From NCBI GenBank assembly GCA_017437285.1, contig JAFSBM010000037.1, forward strand, positions 21,320 to 85,319: a stretch of DNA of 64,000 nucleotides, in the 5' to 3' direction. Under the pieces are notes generated by a model. The model had not been told where the DNA came from. It worked only from the letters and a program-made list of their open reading frames with translations, and searched no databases. Shown piece after piece: positions 53,919 to 63,057 of this stretch (positions are counted from its first letter, which is position 1; each line of letters opens with the position of its first letter). Origin of the DNA: Ruminococcus sp. (GTDB taxonomy: Bacteria > Bacillota > Clostridia > Oscillospirales > Ruminococcaceae). The position numbers were made by a program, and so were the translations under genes.

Positions 53919-56129
53919 TTGAAAAACGGAGATATTCTTGCCGCTTCCCTTGCTATCTGTCTTTCTACAGCTCTTGTTGTAACATTTGCATTTATGCATC
54001 CCGAATATATGGCAGTTACCCTTATTGTGTATTTTCTTTCTATTATAATTACAGGAACTCTTGTTTTTATTATAAGTATGATTTACAATAAGAGAAAAAC
54101 CTCTGTTGATACAGCTGACTTCGTTAAGGTTATTGAGGAACTGGATTCTGAATTCATCGTATGGTCAGATGATTTCAATTATATCAGAATGAACAAATGT
54201 ATAAGAGAACATCTCGGACTTACAGCTGAGGAAAGCGGTACCAAAGAGGCTCTTAAAAAAGCTTTTGCAATTCCCGATCTCAGTGCAAATACTATAACTC
54301 AGATTACAAGCGGAAATTTCCAGTCTACATTTAATAATTCCCAAAACAAAACTGTAAATATCAACTGGAGTACCTCTCTTTTCAAGGATTTCAGAAAAAA
54401 GCATCTTTATCTCAGCACAGGTTTCAATATGACCGAACTGAAAAAAATGAGGACTAACCTTGCCAGTGCAAATGACTTCTTCAATTCCTCTATGGAACTT
54501 GCTGAAATCGGTGTTATTATGAGTACTGACAGAAAGAATTATGCTGCTTCTTCCGAAACAGTTCGTATGTTCAACCTTGATAAAAACAGCATCACTTTTG
54601 AAAAATTCCGTAATCTCATTCATCCAAATGACCGTATGTACTTCGATCATGCCATAAATTCATCAAATGATTACAGTGATGTCAAAAAAATTGAACTTCG
54701 TATCAAGAAGATTAACGGTGCAAGCTATCGTTGGTACAGTTTCCGTTACAAGTCAATCAAGGGAACTGATAACACAAAGCCTCTTTTCGGCGGTGCGTTC
54801 CTTGATATTACCGACGAAAAGGAAAAAGATATTCTCATTGAGCGTCTTGCTTATATTGATGAGGTAACTGAAATAGCAAACCGCAATAAGCTTGTTACTA
54901 TGGGTGATGAAATATGCGAATGCAGCCGCACACTAGGCTACAGCTACTGGGTTATCGTTGTGGATATTGATAAATTCCATATTATAAACGATACCTGCGG
55001 ATACGAAAACGGAAACAATATCCTTCGTAATTTCGCTCATATCCTCTATAAATTCGTGACTCCGGGAGGTCTTGCTGCACGTATCAGCGGCGATAATTTC
55101 GCTCTTGTACTTCGTGATTACGGTGATGACGATCTCCCTCTCCGTACCGCCAAAGGTATTCAGGAGGAATTTTCAATGCTTGCGGTGGATAATTTTGCCG
55201 CTGTAAGCCTTACTTGTTCAATCGGTTATTCAAAAGTTCCCGATGACGGAGATTGTTTTGAAAGTATTCTCGAACACGCTGAATTTGCACTTAAAACAGG
55301 TAATGGTGTATCAGGTACTATCTGCCGTTATGACCCCAGTATGCACGACTCAATTCTCGGCATAACTGAAATCGAGAAGGCTCTCGCACTTGCAATTGAC
55401 AGTAATGAGCTTCATCTTTTCTATCAGCCTAAAATCGACCTTAAAACAGGAAAAATTATGGGTGTAGAGGCTCTTATCCGCTGGATTAAGCCCGACGGAA
55501 CAATTATGGCTCCCGATTCCTTTGTACCTATTGCTGAAAAATCACGTCTTATCGGTAAAATCAGCGAGTTTGTCCTCAATGAGGGTTGTCGTCAGAATGC
55601 ACTCTGGCAGAAGCTTGGTTATCCGAAAATTGTTATGTCAATCAATTTCACTTCCACAGATTTCTATCAGAACGACCTGAAAGACAGAGTTCTTGATGCA
55701 CTTGTAAGAACAGACCTTGACCCTAAATGGCTTGAGGTTGAGCTTACTGAAACAATTGCTCTCAGCGACATTGATTTTGCTGTTGGTCAGATGAATAAGC
55801 TGCGTGATCTTGGCGTAAAGCTTGCTATGGATGATTTTGGTACAGGTTATTCTTCATTGAGTTATCTGCAAATTCTCCCAATCACACTTTTAAAGCTTGA
55901 CCGTTCATTTATTACTGATATTCAGAATGACAACATTGCATACGAAATCGTTTCGGCTGTGATAAGCATTGCAAAATCCAAGCATATCAAAACTATTGCT
56001 GAGGGTGTCGAAAATACTAAACAAGAAGATATTCTCCGCCAGGCAGGCTGTGACTACGGTCAGGGATACCTTTATGGTAAACCTATGCCCGCCGAAGAAC
56101 TTGAAAAACTGCTTCGTGCTGATATGTAA
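53919..56129 (+). CDS. Membrane-anchored PAS / degenerate-GGDEF / EAL protein; likely a c-di-GMP phosphodiesterase
   Basis: Two N-terminal TM helices. The GGDEF position reads SGDNF (55086-55100). EAL motifs are intact (EALIRW, DDFGTGYSSL, EGVE). The TTG at 53919 is preferred over the GTG at 53910. Confidence 0.85.
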   Translation: MKNGDILAASLAICLSTALVVTFAFMHPEYMAVTLIVYFLSIIITGTLVFIISMIYNKRKTSVDTADFVKVIEELDSEFIVWSDDFNYIRMNKCIREHLGLTAEESGTKEALKKAFAIPDLSANTITQITSGNFQSTFNNSQNKTVNINWSTSLFKDFRKKHLYLSTGFNMTELKKMRTNLASANDFFNSSMELAEIGVIMSTDRKNYAASSETVRMFNLDKNSITFEKFRNLIHPNDRMYFDHAINSSNDYSDVKKIELRIKKINGASYRWYSFRYKSIKGTDNTKPLFGGAFLDITDEKEKDILIERLAYIDEVTEIANRNKLVTMGDEICECSRTLGYSYWVIVVDIDKFHIINDTCGYENGNNILRNFAHILYKFVTPGGLAARISGDNFALVLRDYGDDDLPLRTAKGIQEEFSMLAVDNFAAVSLTCSIGYSKVPDDGDCFESILEHAEFALKTGNGVSGTICRYDPSMHDSILGITEIEKALALAIDSNELHLFYQPKIDLKTGKIMGVEALIRWIKPDGTIMAPDSFVPIAEKSRLIGKISEFVLNEGCRQNALWQKLGYPKIVMSINFTSTDFYQNDLKDRVLDALVRTDLDPKWLEVELTETIALSDIDFAVGQMNKLRDLGVKLAMDDFGTGYSSLSYLQILPITLLKLDRSFITDIQNDNIAYEIVSAVISIAKSKHIKTIAEGVENTKQEDILRQAGCDYGQGYLYGKPMPAEELEKLLRADM

Positions 56130-56216
56130 TTCAAATCGGAGATACTCATAGGCAGAGTTCCCCGTAAAATATTAAATATTAACGGTATTATTTATCGTAA
56201 AAATGGAGGTTTTAAA

Positions 56217-57296
56217 ATGAGAAGAATAGGTATTCTGACAAGCGGCGGCGACTGTCCCGGACTTAATGCAACTATCAGAGGTGTAGCAAAGGCTTGCTAT
56301 GAGCAGTTCGGTGAAGATAATGTAGAAATTGTCGGTATATCCAACGGCTACTACGGACTTATCAATAATCTTTGCAAGGAAATGTCACCTTCCTCTTTCT
56401 CTGGTATTCTCACACAGGGCGGTACAATTTTCGGAACAAAGCGTCAGCCGTTCAAGATGATGCAGGTTATCGGCGAAGATAACGTGGACAAGGTTAAAAA
56501 TATGAAGGAAACCTACAAGAAGCAGAAGCTTGATTGTCTGCTTACTCTTGGCGGAAACGGAACTCATAAAACATCTAAGCTCCTTTATGATGAGGGACTT
56601 AATGTAATCGGCTTGCCCAAAACTATCGACAATGATATTTTCGGTACAGATGTTACTTTTGGTTTCCATACAGCTGTGGATATTGCTACAGATGTTATTG
56701 ACCGACTTCATACAACAGCTGCAAGCCACAGCCGTGTGCTTGTATGCGAAGTTATGGGAAATAAGGCAGGTTGGCTTACACTTAATGCAGGTATTGCAGG
56801 CGGTGCTGATATTATCGTTATTCCCGAAATTCCTTATGATATTGACAAAATCTGTGACGCTGTAATGGCTCGTTCAGCATCAGGAAAGACATTCTCTATC
56901 CTTGCTGTTGCTGAGGGTGCATTTGATGTTGCTGAGGCTGAAATGAAGAAAAAGGAAAGAGCTAAAAAGCGTGCAGAGGCAGGAATTATAACTGCTACAG
57001 GACGTATTGCTGCACAAATTCAGCAGAATACAGGCATTGAGGCTCGTGTATGCGTTCCGGGACATATGCTCCGTGGCGGTGCTCCCAGTGCATACGACAG
57101 AATTCTCTCAACTCAGTTCGGCGTATTTGCGGCTTCACTTATTGCTAAGGAAAAATACGGCAGAACTGTTGCTAAAATCGGCGATAAAATTACATCAAAC
57201 AAGCTTGCGGACATAGCAGGAAAAACTAAGTTTGTAACTCCGGACGATCCACTTGTAACATCAGCTAAGGCTATTGGCGTTTCATTCGGAGATTAA
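56217..57296 (+). CDS. pfkA: 6-phosphofructokinase (PfkA family; phosphoryl-donor specificity unresolved)
   Basis: GILTSGGDCPGLNATIRG, KTIDNDI and MGNKAGW. Confidence 0.85.
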   Translation: MRRIGILTSGGDCPGLNATIRGVAKACYEQFGEDNVEIVGISNGYYGLINNLCKEMSPSSFSGILTQGGTIFGTKRQPFKMMQVIGEDNVDKVKNMKETYKKQKLDCLLTLGGNGTHKTSKLLYDEGLNVIGLPKTIDNDIFGTDVTFGFHTAVDIATDVIDRLHTTAASHSRVLVCEVMGNKAGWLTLNAGIAGGADIIVIPEIPYDIDKICDAVMARSASGKTFSILAVAEGAFDVAEAEMKKKERAKKRAEAGIITATGRIAAQIQQNTGIEARVCVPGHMLRGGAPSAYDRILSTQFGVFAASLIAKEKYGRTVAKIGDKITSNKLADIAGKTKFVTPDDPLVTSAKAIGVSFGD

Positions 57297-57314
57297 ATAT
57301 AAGGAGAAAAAATA

Positions 57315-57965
57315 ATGACTTACAAAGAAAGCTTTATCAAATTTATGGTTGACTGCGGTGTACTCACCTTTGGCGAGTTCACTCTGAAAAGCGGACGTAT
57401 TGCTCCCTATTTCATCAACTGCGGAAACTACAAGACAGGCGCTCAGCTTGCTAAGCTTGGCGAATACTACGCTGAGTGTATTCACGAGAATAATATTCCC
57501 GTAGAAACACTTTTCGGACCTGCATACAAGGGTATTCCTCTTGCAGTTTCTACTGTTGTTGCTCTCAGCAATAAATTCGGAATAGACGTTTCTTACTGCT
57601 TTGACCGTAAGGAAGCTAAAGACCACGGCGAGGGCGGTATGTTCGTTGGTAAGGTTCTTACGGATAACGAAAAGGTTATAATCATTGATGATGTTATGAC
57701 TTCCGGAAAGGCTCTCCGTGAGTCTATGCCAAAGCTTAAATCTGCTGCTGATGTCGATGTAACAGGTATGGTTATTACCGTTGACCGTCAGGAAAAGGGT
57801 ACAGGCGAACTTTCAGCTGTACAGGAAGTAAAGCGTGATTTCGGCGTTACTGTTTACCCCATTGTTACAATGGAGGATATTATCAAGGCTATTGAAAACG
57901 ATATAGTTCCCGGTAAGGAATACCTTGATAAGATGATTGAATACAGAAAAACATACGGCGTATAA
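57315..57965 (+). CDS. pyrE: Orotate phosphoribosyltransferase
   Basis: PRPP-binding motif VIIIDDVMTSGKA and N-terminal FGEFTLKSGR. Confidence 0.92.
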   Translation: MTYKESFIKFMVDCGVLTFGEFTLKSGRIAPYFINCGNYKTGAQLAKLGEYYAECIHENNIPVETLFGPAYKGIPLAVSTVVALSNKFGIDVSYCFDRKEAKDHGEGGMFVGKVLTDNEKVIIIDDVMTSGKALRESMPKLKSAADVDVTGMVITVDRQEKGTGELSAVQEVKRDFGVTVYPIVTMEDIIKAIENDIVPGKEYLDKMIEYRKTYGV

Positions 57966-57973
57966 CAACATAA

Positions 57974-58000
57974 CGGGTATCAGCAAATCTGATACCCGTT
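57974..58000 (+). terminator. Hairpin terminator after pyrE
   Basis: CGGGTATCAG-CAAAT-CTGATACCCG followed by TT. Confidence 0.6.
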
Positions 58001-58022
58001 CAATATATCCAAAGGAGACATT

Positions 58023-59087
58023 ATGAAAAAAAGGATATTGTCGCTTTTTACTGCGGCTTCGCTCATTGCACCTGCTGTTTCTTTCACATCTGCAAATTCT
58101 GCTGAAAATTCGCCTAAAGGTTGGCTTATGTGGCATAGTTATTCCGATTATTCCGCCCTTGACAGCCGTCTTTTCTTACGTTCTCCACAGGGGGAAATCA
58201 CGGAAATTTCGGGGAATTTCGTTCACGCAATGAATGGCGATTTCGGCAGCTCCCCTACTGATATTGTATTTATGGCAATTGACAAAGCAGCTGATGAATG
58301 GGATATTTACCGTTATAATTCAATAAGCGGAAAAATCACTAATCTTACTGAAAAAAGCGGTTTTCGCAATGAAGACCCGAAGTTCTCCCCTGACGGTTTG
58401 AATATAGTTTTCAAGCGTGGTTACTGGGATAATTCAAGGAATGATTTTACCTATAATCTGGCGGAAATGAACCTCAGCAGCGGTGAAATAACAATGATTA
58501 CCGATGATACAAAGGAGCAGGCAATGCCCTATTATTCCGAGGACGGCAAGTATATCTATTACTCCGAATATGTGAACGGCATTTCATCAATATGGCGGCT
58601 TGACAGGGAAACATCTGAAAAGTCCGAAATATTCGCTGAAAACGGCGTAACCGCATATTATCCAGTTGTCAAGGGCGAAAATATGTACTTTTCAAAATGG
58701 CATTCAGCTGACAACAGAAATGATATGATTATGCGTTATAACGGCGGTAAAATTCAGCCTATGCCCTTTAATTCAGATAATACCAATTGTTCTGATGCCT
58801 GCCCTTTAAATGATACCGCAATGATTTACAGTTCAACCCTAAACAGCAGTTATGATTTATTCTGTTATGACGGAAATGAAAGCTATTCCCTTGATTTTGC
58901 GTCTACTGATAAAAATGAGCTTGGTGCGGCTTTTTATTCAACTGATGAAATTTTGGAATATGCCGTTGATTTACAGGAATTTCTGCTGGGAGCAGATGCA
59001 CCAAAGGCAAATTATGACGTTGACGGCAACGGAGTTTCCAACTGCTTTGATTTGATTTACGCAAGAAAACTAATGTCAGGAGTATGA
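58023..59087 (+). CDS. Secreted TolB-like (PD40) beta-propeller protein with a C-terminal dockerin-like segment
   Basis: Signal peptide, PD40-like repeats (DPKFSPDGLNIVFKR, MPYYSEDGKYIYYSE), and C-terminal YDVDGNGVSNCFDLIYARKLM. Confidence 0.7.
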   Translation: MKKRILSLFTAASLIAPAVSFTSANSAENSPKGWLMWHSYSDYSALDSRLFLRSPQGEITEISGNFVHAMNGDFGSSPTDIVFMAIDKAADEWDIYRYNSISGKITNLTEKSGFRNEDPKFSPDGLNIVFKRGYWDNSRNDFTYNLAEMNLSSGEITMITDDTKEQAMPYYSEDGKYIYYSEYVNGISSIWRLDRETSEKSEIFAENGVTAYYPVVKGENMYFSKWHSADNRNDMIMRYNGGKIQPMPFNSDNTNCSDACPLNDTAMIYSSTLNSSYDLFCYDGNESYSLDFASTDKNELGAAFYSTDEILEYAVDLQEFLLGADAPKANYDVDGNGVSNCFDLIYARKLMSGV

Positions 59088-59455
59088 TTATGGAATTTAT
59101 TAAAAAAGAAAATATTATAGAATTATCAAATCCCGGAGTTGTTTCAAGACAGCTATTAAATCCCGAAAATTCGGCAAGTGAAAGAGTGACGATTACAGAA
59201 GTTCACCTTGAACCAAATGCAGAACAGCCACGTCATACCCACGAGTTTTCGGAGCAGATATGGTATGCTGTGAAAGGTTCGGGAACGCTTCTTCTTGCAG
59301 ATGACAAGGAAATGCCTTTCAACGTGGGTGATGTTGTCCGCTTTGCTGATAAGGACGTTCACGGGTTAAAAAATAACGGCAAGTCCGAATTTGTATACAT
59401 CTCGGTAACCTCGCCGCCTATTAATTTTGGATATGCTTATAAAGATAAAAAGTGA
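59084..59455 (+). CDS. Cupin-domain protein
   Basis: 123 aa with cupin His motifs (PRHTHEFSEQIWYAVKG, VHGLKN). A 4-nt ATGA overlap joins it to the upstream gene. Confidence 0.75.
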   Translation: MIMEFIKKENIIELSNPGVVSRQLLNPENSASERVTITEVHLEPNAEQPRHTHEFSEQIWYAVKGSGTLLLADDKEMPFNVGDVVRFADKDVHGLKNNGKSEFVYISVTSPPINFGYAYKDKK

Positions 59456-59465
59456 GGTAAGTAAA

Positions 59466-60008
59466 ATGGATTTACACGAAAAATACAGTATAAAACTGCT
59501 CGATGAAGCGGAAATAGTGATTTTAAGCCAGTATATTAAAGAACATCCATATTTGTGGGATACAGTAAAATGCCACTATCATTGTCTGACATTTGCTGTT
59601 ACATACGAAAATTATATGTTTTCATGTACGCAGGAGAGCGGTAAATTTTCTACTATAATCATATGGAAAAATGGTAAAATATTTGATACAGCAAAATGCA
59701 GATTTAAAAATGGTGCCGATTATGGTATAATCGGCACCACGGGAAATGCTGAAATTGACGAGATGATTACAGAAATATCCATTTTTTGTCCCTTTATTTC
59801 AGAGGAATGTTTTTATTGGCTTGTTCACGATTATTTGAAAATTGAGAGTGAGGAATATGATGATGAGTACGAAGAAGGACGATGCAAAATAATCGACTAC
59901 GAAAAGGAAATGGTGAATAAATATCTTGCTGATATTAAGGAGATTTATCTGGAATTTTTGAAATCATCAGGAGATAAAATACGAGAATATTTTAGTAATA
60001 CTACTTGA
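59466..60008 (+). CDS. Hypothetical protein
   Basis: 180 aa from the ATG after GAGGT. No motif recognised. Its 3' end overlaps the convergent gene by 8 nt. Confidence 0.45.
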   Translation: MDLHEKYSIKLLDEAEIVILSQYIKEHPYLWDTVKCHYHCLTFAVTYENYMFSCTQESGKFSTIIIWKNGKIFDTAKCRFKNGADYGIIGTTGNAEIDEMITEISIFCPFISEECFYWLVHDYLKIESEEYDDEYEEGRCKIIDYEKEMVNKYLADIKEIYLEFLKSSGDKIREYFSNTT

Positions 60009-61857
60009 TAAGCTCTTCTCTTAAAAGGCACAAATCAAATACATCAATTTTACCGTCTTTGCAAAGGTCAGCTGCCTCGGAATTTTCAAGCTTTGCGTCG
60101 GAAACTCCCATAATCCAGTTTGTGAGAGATACAGCATCGGCAATTGTCATTTTGCCGTCACCGTTGGCATCACCTTTGACAAATTCGGGAACTACATCTT
60201 CTGTAGGCTTTTCAGTAGTTACTGTTGTAGTTTCTACTGTAGTCGCAGTTGTCGTTGTTGTAGATGATGCTGTAGTAGTAGTTGTTGTTGTTGTATCAAC
60301 TGTGGTAGTAGTTGTTGCTGTGGTAGTCTGTGGAATTTCTTCCTCGATAACTTCAAACTTTCTATTGTATTTTTCAGCGTATGCCTGTGCTGTTGAGCCT
60401 GCATAGCCGTGAATTACAACTGATTTGTCAATGGGTTCTTCGGGTTCTTCAACTGTTTCGCCTGCAACATCTCCCCAGACAGAGGTGATAACTCCGTCAT
60501 TCTCTAAATCGGGCATCTTTTCTTTTATTTTAAATTCAGCAGGAATTGTCTTTTCAGAGTCGAAAATATCACAATCCTTGTCATAGATGTATATATCGCT
60601 TGTACTCTTTGCACCTTTGAGTGTATCCTCATTTATGTAGGATGCTCTGTAGTGAATTTTATTCGTTACATCATTGGTACCGAGAAAGAACGCATCACAT
60701 ACATATGTTACGGATTCGGGGAAATCCACAAGTTCAATATTGCATCGCATCAGAAATGCCCACTCTGCAACACCAACTGTTCCCTCTGCAAATACGGCAT
60801 TTACAATATCTTCTTCACTATCTACAGCCCAGTTATCAACGTAGTGTATGCCGTCCTTAACTTCGATACAGCCCGATTCTGCAAATGCACTAGCACCGAT
60901 ATAGGTAACAGAATCGGGAATATCAAATTCGGTAAGAGATGTACATTCACCAAATGCACCTATACCAATTGCGGAAATATCGCCGTTGAACTTCACATCT
61001 GAAAGAGATTCGCACATATAAAATGTATCCATATGAACAGCATTGATACTTTCGGGAAGTTCAATACTTTCAAGATTTATACAAGCGACAAATGCTGCAT
61101 TATTTATCTGCTTGATATTTTCGGGAATTACCAAATCTTTCAGCTTATAGCAGGTTGCAAAGGCATAGTCGTTGATAATCTCAGCCTTTTCGGAAATTAT
61201 CAGCTCCGTTAAATCCATAGCAGGCGGACAACCGATAACTTTTTTCATATCCTTTGAATAAAGAAGTCCGTCAGATACTGTAAAATAAGGGTTTGTTTCT
61301 GATACTTTTATTTCAGTAACGCTTGGATAAATTATATCTTCATCTGTATTTTCATCTGCCATAATTGTTACATTTGAGGGATTAAATGTTGTTTCTTCGT
61401 CTATTTCTGTAAGCTGAGTGTTTACAGATACAGTATGTGAACCTGATGAACCACTTGAAACTGTGGTTACAATGCATACAAGATCCAACCAGTCAAAATA
61501 CTGCATACTGTCGGGGAGCGTTATGCTTTTAAGATTTCGGCAATATCCAAAGGGTGTGCCGTCAACTCCTACCACGGGTACACCGTTTATTTCAGCAGGA
61601 ATTTCAACTTCTTCGGCTTCAAGGTTTGAAAAATCGGTAAGAAATGCAAAATCCGCATAAACATTAAATGTAAAATCGCCCTCGGTAACTTTCTTATGTG
61701 TAGCTTCAAGGTCAGGCTTTTCAGCGTCTTCTTCCTCACTCTGCTCACTTAAATCCCTGAAGCTTATTGTGTTAAGAGCATTGGCGGTTGGTGTGTAAAT
61801 GTTTGCAACCGAGCCAATAAGCGTAATTGCGGCTAAAAATGCAGTTAATCTTTTCAT
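60001..61857 (-). CDS. Secreted BspA-type LRR protein with a Thr linker and a dockerin
   Basis: Signal peptide, many LRR_5-like repeats (IPENIKQINNAAFVACINLESIELP), a Thr-rich linker, and dockerin GDANGDGKMTIADAVSL ... KDGKIDVFDL. Confidence 0.75.
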   Translation of the reverse strand: MKRLTAFLAAITLIGSVANIYTPTANALNTISFRDLSEQSEEEDAEKPDLEATHKKVTEGDFTFNVYADFAFLTDFSNLEAEEVEIPAEINGVPVVGVDGTPFGYCRNLKSITLPDSMQYFDWLDLVCIVTTVSSGSSGSHTVSVNTQLTEIDEETTFNPSNVTIMADENTDEDIIYPSVTEIKVSETNPYFTVSDGLLYSKDMKKVIGCPPAMDLTELIISEKAEIINDYAFATCYKLKDLVIPENIKQINNAAFVACINLESIELPESINAVHMDTFYMCESLSDVKFNGDISAIGIGAFGECTSLTEFDIPDSVTYIGASAFAESGCIEVKDGIHYVDNWAVDSEEDIVNAVFAEGTVGVAEWAFLMRCNIELVDFPESVTYVCDAFFLGTNDVTNKIHYRASYINEDTLKGAKSTSDIYIYDKDCDIFDSEKTIPAEFKIKEKMPDLENDGVITSVWGDVAGETVEEPEEPIDKSVVIHGYAGSTAQAYAEKYNRKFEVIEEEIPQTTTATTTTTVDTTTTTTTTASSTTTTTATTVETTTVTTEKPTEDVVPEFVKGDANGDGKMTIADAVSLTNWIMGVSDAKLENSEAADLCKDGKIDVFDLCLLREELIK

Positions 61858-61998
61858 AATATTACCTCCGTTATATATTGCTCTACCAACTAAACCTTAC
61901 TGTCAAATACTCGGCAAGGAATAATTGCGGAGCAATAAGATTAATCTTATTATATCATAAATTTTTTATATAGTCAATAATTTCAAAGGAGAATTTAA

Positions 61999-62835
61999 AT
62001 GAAAATTACAGTTTTAATTGAAAACAGCTCCGATTGTGAGCTTGCAAAGGAGCATGGTTTAAGCCTGCTCATTGAAACATCGGATAAAAAAATCCTGCTC
62101 GATGCAGGTTGTTCTGAATTATTTGCAAATAACGCAGATAAGCTGAATATCGACCTTTCAGATGTTGATTTTGCTGTTCTCTCCCATGGTCATTACGACC
62201 ATTCAGGGGGATTTGATGTATTTTTTGAGAGAAACAAAAATGCTGTCCTCTATGCAAGAGCAGGTGCGGACGGTAAATATTACTCCTCTAACGGCGGTAT
62301 TCACGAAATCGGAGTACCTCAGAAAGTTCTTGATTATACCGACAGAATTGAATATGTATCGGATAACAGACAGATTTTCGAGGGTGTTTATCTCGTTGGT
62401 CATAATACTCATGATTTACAGAAAATCGGCGAAAAAGTAAAGCTTTACAAAGGTGAGAACGGTGAAATAGTTCCCGATAATTTTTCTCACGAACAGAGCC
62501 TTATTTTTGACACGCCAAAGGGACTTATTATTTTCAATAGCTGTTCTCATGGAACTGTTGCGAATATTATCCGTGAAACTAAAGAATTTTTCGGTAATAA
62601 GCCAATTTATGCCTATGTGGGCGGACTTCATATGCTTGGAAAAACTCCCGACGGCAAGGAAATTTGTTCATTCATAGATTTTGAGGTTGATGAGCTTTGC
62701 GATTTGATAAAAAAAGAGAAAATCACATATCTCTGCACAGGTCATTGTACTACTCTTGACGGTTATGATAAGGTTAAAGAGCGACTGGGTGACACGGCAG
62801 TGAAGCTTGTAACAGGACTTCAATTTGAGTTATAA
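61999..62835 (+). CDS. MBL-fold metallo-hydrolase
   Basis: Motif LSHGHYDHSGG. Confidence 0.8.
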   Translation: MKITVLIENSSDCELAKEHGLSLLIETSDKKILLDAGCSELFANNADKLNIDLSDVDFAVLSHGHYDHSGGFDVFFERNKNAVLYARAGADGKYYSSNGGIHEIGVPQKVLDYTDRIEYVSDNRQIFEGVYLVGHNTHDLQKIGEKVKLYKGENGEIVPDNFSHEQSLIFDTPKGLIIFNSCSHGTVANIIRETKEFFGNKPIYAYVGGLHMLGKTPDGKEICSFIDFEVDELCDLIKKEKITYLCTGHCTTLDGYDKVKERLGDTAVKLVTGLQFEL

Positions 62836-62894
62836 TCTGTTAACTTCGGTTTACAGTATGTGATAAAAATAATAAAAATCAGCAAAATTATTGT

Positions 62895-62925
62895 GCGGTA
62901 TGCTATAAAGTATACCGCATTTTTT
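62895..62925 (+). terminator. Rho-independent terminator after the MBL-fold gene
   Basis: GCGGTAT ... ATACCGC stem followed by ATTTTTT. Confidence 0.6.
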
Positions 62926-63057
62926 GTGCATACATACGAAATTTAAGAAAATTTTCAGATACTTTGACTTTTTTGCCCTTTAAAATCACTTAGTTATGTA
63001 AGCAATTTAAAGAGGCACTCCCCTGCCCTTAAATAAAATTTCAAAGGAGGCTTTACT

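Noticed and set aside
60001-60008. An 8-nt convergent overlap of the 3' ends of 59466-60008 and 60001-61857, with no terminator between them
   Set aside because: Short convergent overlaps occur by chance, and there is no further evidence of antisense regulation.
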